The notes under the pieces were generated by a model. The model searched no databases, was not told the DNA's origin, and saw only the letters and a list, made by a program, of their open reading frames with translations. From assembly GCA_030637655.1 (NCBI GenBank), contig DAOWGI010000034.1:1-55170 (forward strand): a stretch of 55,170 nucleotides of DNA. Reading direction: 5' to 3'. Source of the DNA: a candidate division FCPU426 bacterium. GTDB taxonomy: Bacteria; Oederibacteriota; JAAXVQ01; JAUVAV01. Shown one piece after another: positions 51,681 to 55,170 of this stretch. The translations under genes were made by a program, and so were the position numbers. How positions within the stretch are numbered: the stretch's first letter is position 1; every line of letters starts with the position of its first letter.

Positions 51681-51716
51681 AGAAGTCCGGGATTATAATA
51701 AGAAGCAGAGACTTTT
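51681..51716. promoter_or_regulatory. Putative tandem UAS sites
   Basis: AGAAGTC-cg-GGATTAT (51681) and AGAAGCA-ga-GACTTTT (51701), 20 bp apart. TAATCAGAAGTC at 51676 is identical to the 12-mer at 20047. Confidence 0.55.
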
Positions 51717-51813
51717 TATGGAGATCAAATTAATATTCAGGCGGAATTAGCGGAATTGAAGCAACAGGAATTAAACCTTCCGGGAAAAACTTAAAAATAC
51801 TTACTTTCAATCT

Positions 51814-52548
51814 TTAAAAAACAACCAATCCTTTCTCCTCCAACTGTCGTGCCACCCGTTGCCAGACAGCAGCTGTGGGAGGTTTCAAAGTTTTTAAGGG
51901 ATATCTTAAACCAAGCTCTTTCCACTTATGCACACCCAAGTTATGGTACGGTATCAATTCAATAGGCGGTATGTTCTTTAATGAAACAATATATTCCACA
52001 AGTCTTTCAATCTCTGCTTTAGCATCATTGATTCCAGGTAACAATACGCGCCGGATGGTCAATCTACCCGGCAGCTCGGCAGCTTCGCGTCCAAAGGCCA
52101 ATACCGGCGCTAAAGATTGTCCGGTAATGGTTTGATGCAGCTTTTCCTCGCTCGCTTTTATATCCAGCAATGCCAGATCCGTTACTTCGAGTAATTTGCG
52201 TGCCACCTTACGCGAGCAGCTTCCGTTGGTATCCAAGGCTGTTTTTAATTTGAGGCGATGTGCCAGTTCAAACAGCGCTGTAACAAATGGCGCTTGTAAG
52301 GTAGGCTCACCGCCGGATGCCGTGATGCCGCCATCGTGTTGACGCAAATACGGCAATAGGGTTTCCAAACGGGTGCGCGCTTCTTTGAGCGTCATGCGGC
52401 TCGAGCCTTGGCAGGACCAAGTGTCCGGATTCTGACAAAAAGCACACCGGTAATTGCAGCCGGCCAGAAAAAAGACACAACGCAGACCCGGCCCGTCATG
52501 CGTACCCAGCGTTTCCACCGAATGTACCCGACCAATGGGTTGTCGCAT
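51814..52548 (-). CDS. pflA: Pyruvate formate-lyase activating enzyme (radical SAM)
   Basis: HSVETLGTHDGPGLR, CNYRCAFC (CxxxCxxC), SGGEP, LDTNG, PYHNLG. Adjacent to pflB. Confidence 0.96.
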   Translation of the reverse strand: MRQPIGRVHSVETLGTHDGPGLRCVFFLAGCNYRCAFCQNPDTWSCQGSSRMTLKEARTRLETLLPYLRQHDGGITASGGEPTLQAPFVTALFELAHRLKLKTALDTNGSCSRKVARKLLEVTDLALLDIKASEEKLHQTITGQSLAPVLAFGREAAELPGRLTIRRVLLPGINDAKAEIERLVEYIVSLKNIPPIELIPYHNLGVHKWKELGLRYPLKTLKPPTAAVWQRVARQLEEKGLVVF

Positions 52549-52570
52549 ATGTTTTCCTTTTGATGTTGGG

Positions 52571-52595
52571 GGGCGGGTTTGGAACCCGCCCCTAC
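52571..52595 (-). repeat. GTAG-type REP-like hairpin between pflB and pflA
   Basis: Minus strand GTAGGGGCGGGTTCCAAACCCGCCC. Confidence 0.7.
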
Positions 52596-52603
52596 GATAT
52601 TTA

Positions 52604-54832
52604 TTACATCATTTCATGAAATGTTCTGCGCAATATCTCTTCCTGATGTTCGCGCGAGAGTTTGGTAAAGTGCACGGCATAGCCGGAGACCCGAATGGTC
52701 AACTGCGGATACTTTTCCGGACAGCGCATGGCATCTTTCAAGAGATCCCGATCCAACACATTGACATTAATGTGATGTCCGCCCTTGGTAAAATATCCGT
52801 CTAGAATGCTGGTCAGGTTGTCATTGCGTGTATCCTGGTCACGACCTAAAGCGTGCGGTATGATGGAAAAGGTATTGGAAATACCATCCTGCGCCGCATA
52901 GTACGGTAACTTGGAAATGGAATTCAGACTTGCCAAGACACCGTTTTTCTCACGGCCATGCATTGGATTCGCCCCCGGCGCAAAAGGTTCGCCGGCTTTA
53001 CGTCCATCCGGAGTGGCTCCTGTTTTCTTGCCGTATAGCACATTGCTGGTAATAGTAAGAATTGAAAGCGTCGGATTGGCACGACGGTAAATCGAATGTT
53101 TACGTAAAGCTGTAATAAAGGTAATGATCAGATCCCGGGCACGGTTGTCCGCCCGTTCATCATCATTACCAAAAGCCGGATACTCCCCTTTTAGCTTAAA
53201 GGCCTTGGTCAATCCATTCCGGCCGCGTTGGGGTTCTACTTTGGCATAGCGAATAGCGCATAAGGAATCCACCACTACTGAAAGACCGGCAACACCAAAA
53301 GCCATAAGACGGTCGACTTCAGAGTCCAACAAGGCCATTTGGACTGCTTCATAATAATAACGATCATGCGACCAGTGAATCACATTCATAATATCAACGT
53401 ATTTTTCCGCTAACCAGGAAAGTACGTACACAAAATTTTCGTGCACCTGGTCGTAATTTAAATACTTGCCCTTAAGGGCCGGTACATTCGGAACCACCTG
53501 TTCCCCGTAAATTTCATCCCGGCCTTCATTGAGCGCGAGCAGCAAGGCCTTGGCCAGATTGCAACGAGCGCCAAAATACTGAATCTGACTTCCGGCTTTT
53601 AATAAAGAGACACAGCAGGAGATACCGTAATCATCACCGGCTAGCGGACGCATTAAATCATCATTCTCAAATTGCAGACTGCTGGTCCGAATCGCAACCT
53701 CTGAGACATAGGTTTTCCAGGCTTCCGGCAAACGCGGTGAATACAAAATAGTTAAATTGGGTTCCGGTGCTGATCCCAGATTTCGCAGACTTTGCAGAAA
53801 ACGAAAATCGGTTTTGCTGACCTTGGTCCGTCCGTCACTGGCCATACCGCCCAGCACAAGTGTCACCCACACCGGATCTCCGGCAAAAATCTGGTCGTAC
53901 TCCGGCGGACGCAATTGCCGGACCAGGCGCAGCTTGATGGTGAAATCATCAATTAGCTCTTGCGCGGCCGATTCAGTCAAGACCCCGGTCTTCATATCCC
54001 GGGTTATATAAATATCAAAAAAGGCTGACAAATGACCAATGGACATGGCCGCGCCATCGGATTCTTTTACTGCAGCCAAATAAGCCAAATATGTCCACTG
54101 GATCGCTTCCCGTGCGGTTTTCGCCGGCCGCTTAAGATTGCAACCGTACTGCTTACCCATCTTAATAGTCTCGTTTAAAGCTTGAATCTGACTGGCAATC
54201 TCTTCCCGCCAGCGTATATTCTTGGTATCCATCACACTGACGATTTTTTCCAGATCCGCCTGTTTGGCTTGAATTAGACGATCAATACCATACAGTGCAA
54301 TACGACGATAGTCGCCTATAATCCGGCCGCGCGCGTAATTATCCGGCAATCCGGTAATGATCCCTAAGCGGCGCAGCTTTTTCATTTCTTCACTGTAAAT
54401 GGAAAACACCGCATCATTGTGTGATTTGCGGTACTTGGTAAAAATCTCAACAACACGCGGATTGAGTTTGAAGCCATGCGCCTCGCAGGCTTTTTGGATA
54501 TTTCGGACACCGCCCGCCGGCTTAATGGCGCGTTTCAACGGTTTATCAGTTTGCAACCCAATCACCAGTTCGTTTTGTTTATCAATGTATCCCGGAGCAT
54601 GCGTGGCAATACCACTGGGAGTATCCACATCAATATCCAGCACACCGCCGCTTTCACACTCAGCCTGTATGAGTTTGGTTACTTTGTGCCAAATTTTTTT
54701 AGTACGGGCTGTGGCTGGTTTGAGAAATTCCGGTCCATCCTCATAGGGTTGGTAATTTCGATAAATAAAATCCTGCAAATCAATCTTGACTGACCAGCGA
54801 CCGCGTTTGAATGCTTCTTTTTTTTCAGCCAT
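52604..54832 (-). CDS. pflB: Formate C-acetyltransferase (pyruvate formate-lyase)
   Basis: [16 protein letters not shown] catalytic Cys pair, RVSGY glycyl-radical motif. AAAGGGGG RBS. Confidence 0.98.
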   Translation of the reverse strand: MAEKKEAFKRGRWSVKIDLQDFIYRNYQPYEDGPEFLKPATARTKKIWHKVTKLIQAECESGGVLDIDVDTPSGIATHAPGYIDKQNELVIGLQTDKPLKRAIKPAGGVRNIQKACEAHGFKLNPRVVEIFTKYRKSHNDAVFSIYSEEMKKLRRLGIITGLPDNYARGRIIGDYRRIALYGIDRLIQAKQADLEKIVSVMDTKNIRWREEIASQIQALNETIKMGKQYGCNLKRPAKTAREAIQWTYLAYLAAVKESDGAAMSIGHLSAFFDIYITRDMKTGVLTESAAQELIDDFTIKLRLVRQLRPPEYDQIFAGDPVWVTLVLGGMASDGRTKVSKTDFRFLQSLRNLGSAPEPNLTILYSPRLPEAWKTYVSEVAIRTSSLQFENDDLMRPLAGDDYGISCCVSLLKAGSQIQYFGARCNLAKALLLALNEGRDEIYGEQVVPNVPALKGKYLNYDQVHENFVYVLSWLAEKYVDIMNVIHWSHDRYYYEAVQMALLDSEVDRLMAFGVAGLSVVVDSLCAIRYAKVEPQRGRNGLTKAFKLKGEYPAFGNDDERADNRARDLIITFITALRKHSIYRRANPTLSILTITSNVLYGKKTGATPDGRKAGEPFAPGANPMHGREKNGVLASLNSISKLPYYAAQDGISNTFSIIPHALGRDQDTRNDNLTSILDGYFTKGGHHINVNVLDRDLLKDAMRCPEKYPQLTIRVSGYAVHFTKLSREHQEEILRRTFHEMM

Positions 54833-54867
54833 AATAGTAGCCCCCTTTGTGAAAACGGCGCTCTAAT

Positions 54868-54912
54868 AAAAAGCCCGAGCCTCCGCTCACTATAATGAGC
54901 GACAGCCCAGGC
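54868..54912 (-). terminator. Riboswitch expression-platform terminator
   Basis: GCCTGGGC-tgt-CGCTCA-ttatag-TGAGCG-gag-GCTCGGGC-TTTTT. The 5' arm overlaps the aptamer 3' end. Confidence 0.8.
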
Positions 54913-54978
54913 GTTCGGCTTTCCCCCGCATTGGCACCGTGCTTCCCGGTGGTTGTCCACCTTCGCCAGTCACACAGT
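54903..54978 (-). ncRNA. ZMP/ZTP (pfl) riboswitch aptamer
   Basis: GTGACTGGCGAA-GGTGG-acaa-CCACC-GGGAAGC...GCCGAACGCCTGGGC matches the pfl motif. Located in the pflB leader. Confidence 0.93.
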
Positions 54979-54985
54979 TAAGTAA

Positions 54986-55014
54986 AATTTAACAAACCCC
55001 TTAAAACCTGTCAA
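54986..55014 (-). promoter_or_regulatory. sigma70 promoter for riboswitch-pflBA
   Basis: TTGACA-N17-TAAATT with an extended TG. The predicted start site coincides with the aptamer 5' end. Confidence 0.75.
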
Positions 55015-55170
55015 GTTACAATTAAGAATCGTTCCTGATTAGGCAGATTGTAACTCATATTGCAACATTACCTGATTGCTACACAAACAGGCAAATAGTT
55101 ACTTTATCCTTAAAAAACTCACCACAAAGGCACTAAGGCCACAAAGGTTCACTAAGCAGCATAATGATTA

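Noticed and set aside
657-54793. Numerous short plus-strand and alternate-frame ORFs in the track (e.g. 17311-18033, 38071-38931, 21083-21445)
   Set aside because: They lie inside well-supported minus-strand genes and show no recognisable motifs.
54679-54960. 93-aa ORF overlapping the pflB start
   Set aside because: It runs through the riboswitch and terminator and overlaps pflB out of frame.
55119-55156. Short CAC(A/T)AAG repeats with a period of about 9 bp
   Set aside because: Only four degenerate copies at the window edge, too little context to assign.

Overview
Every supportable gene is on the minus strand. The ends are housekeeping: rpoC-rpoB on the left (plus a partial 28-aa-repeat coiled-coil ORF running off the edge) and pflB-pflA under a ZMP/ZTP riboswitch on the right. 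Between them lies a ~43 kb accessory locus. In transcription order it holds an atypical receiver protein, a ~9,460-aa secreted YD-like repeat protein, a secreted 7-repeat beta-propeller, a 73-aa orphan, a 41-aa sORF, a TolC-MFP-RND-RND exporter and an NtrC-type sigma54 activator. The giant protein ends in hydrophobic segments and three candidate effector domains (ART-like, ParB-like, clan-CD Cys protease). Three sigma54 -24/-12 promoters in the locus each have an upstream AGAAGTC-N2-GACTTCT-type palindrome, which suggests one co-regulated giant-toxin/export system. GTAG-type REP hairpins lie between genes, and one perfect 30-bp palindrome sits in frame inside the giant gene. The host looks like a diderm anaerobe (TolC, PFL); I cannot assign taxonomy. 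Domain calls are by-eye motif recognition, not search results.
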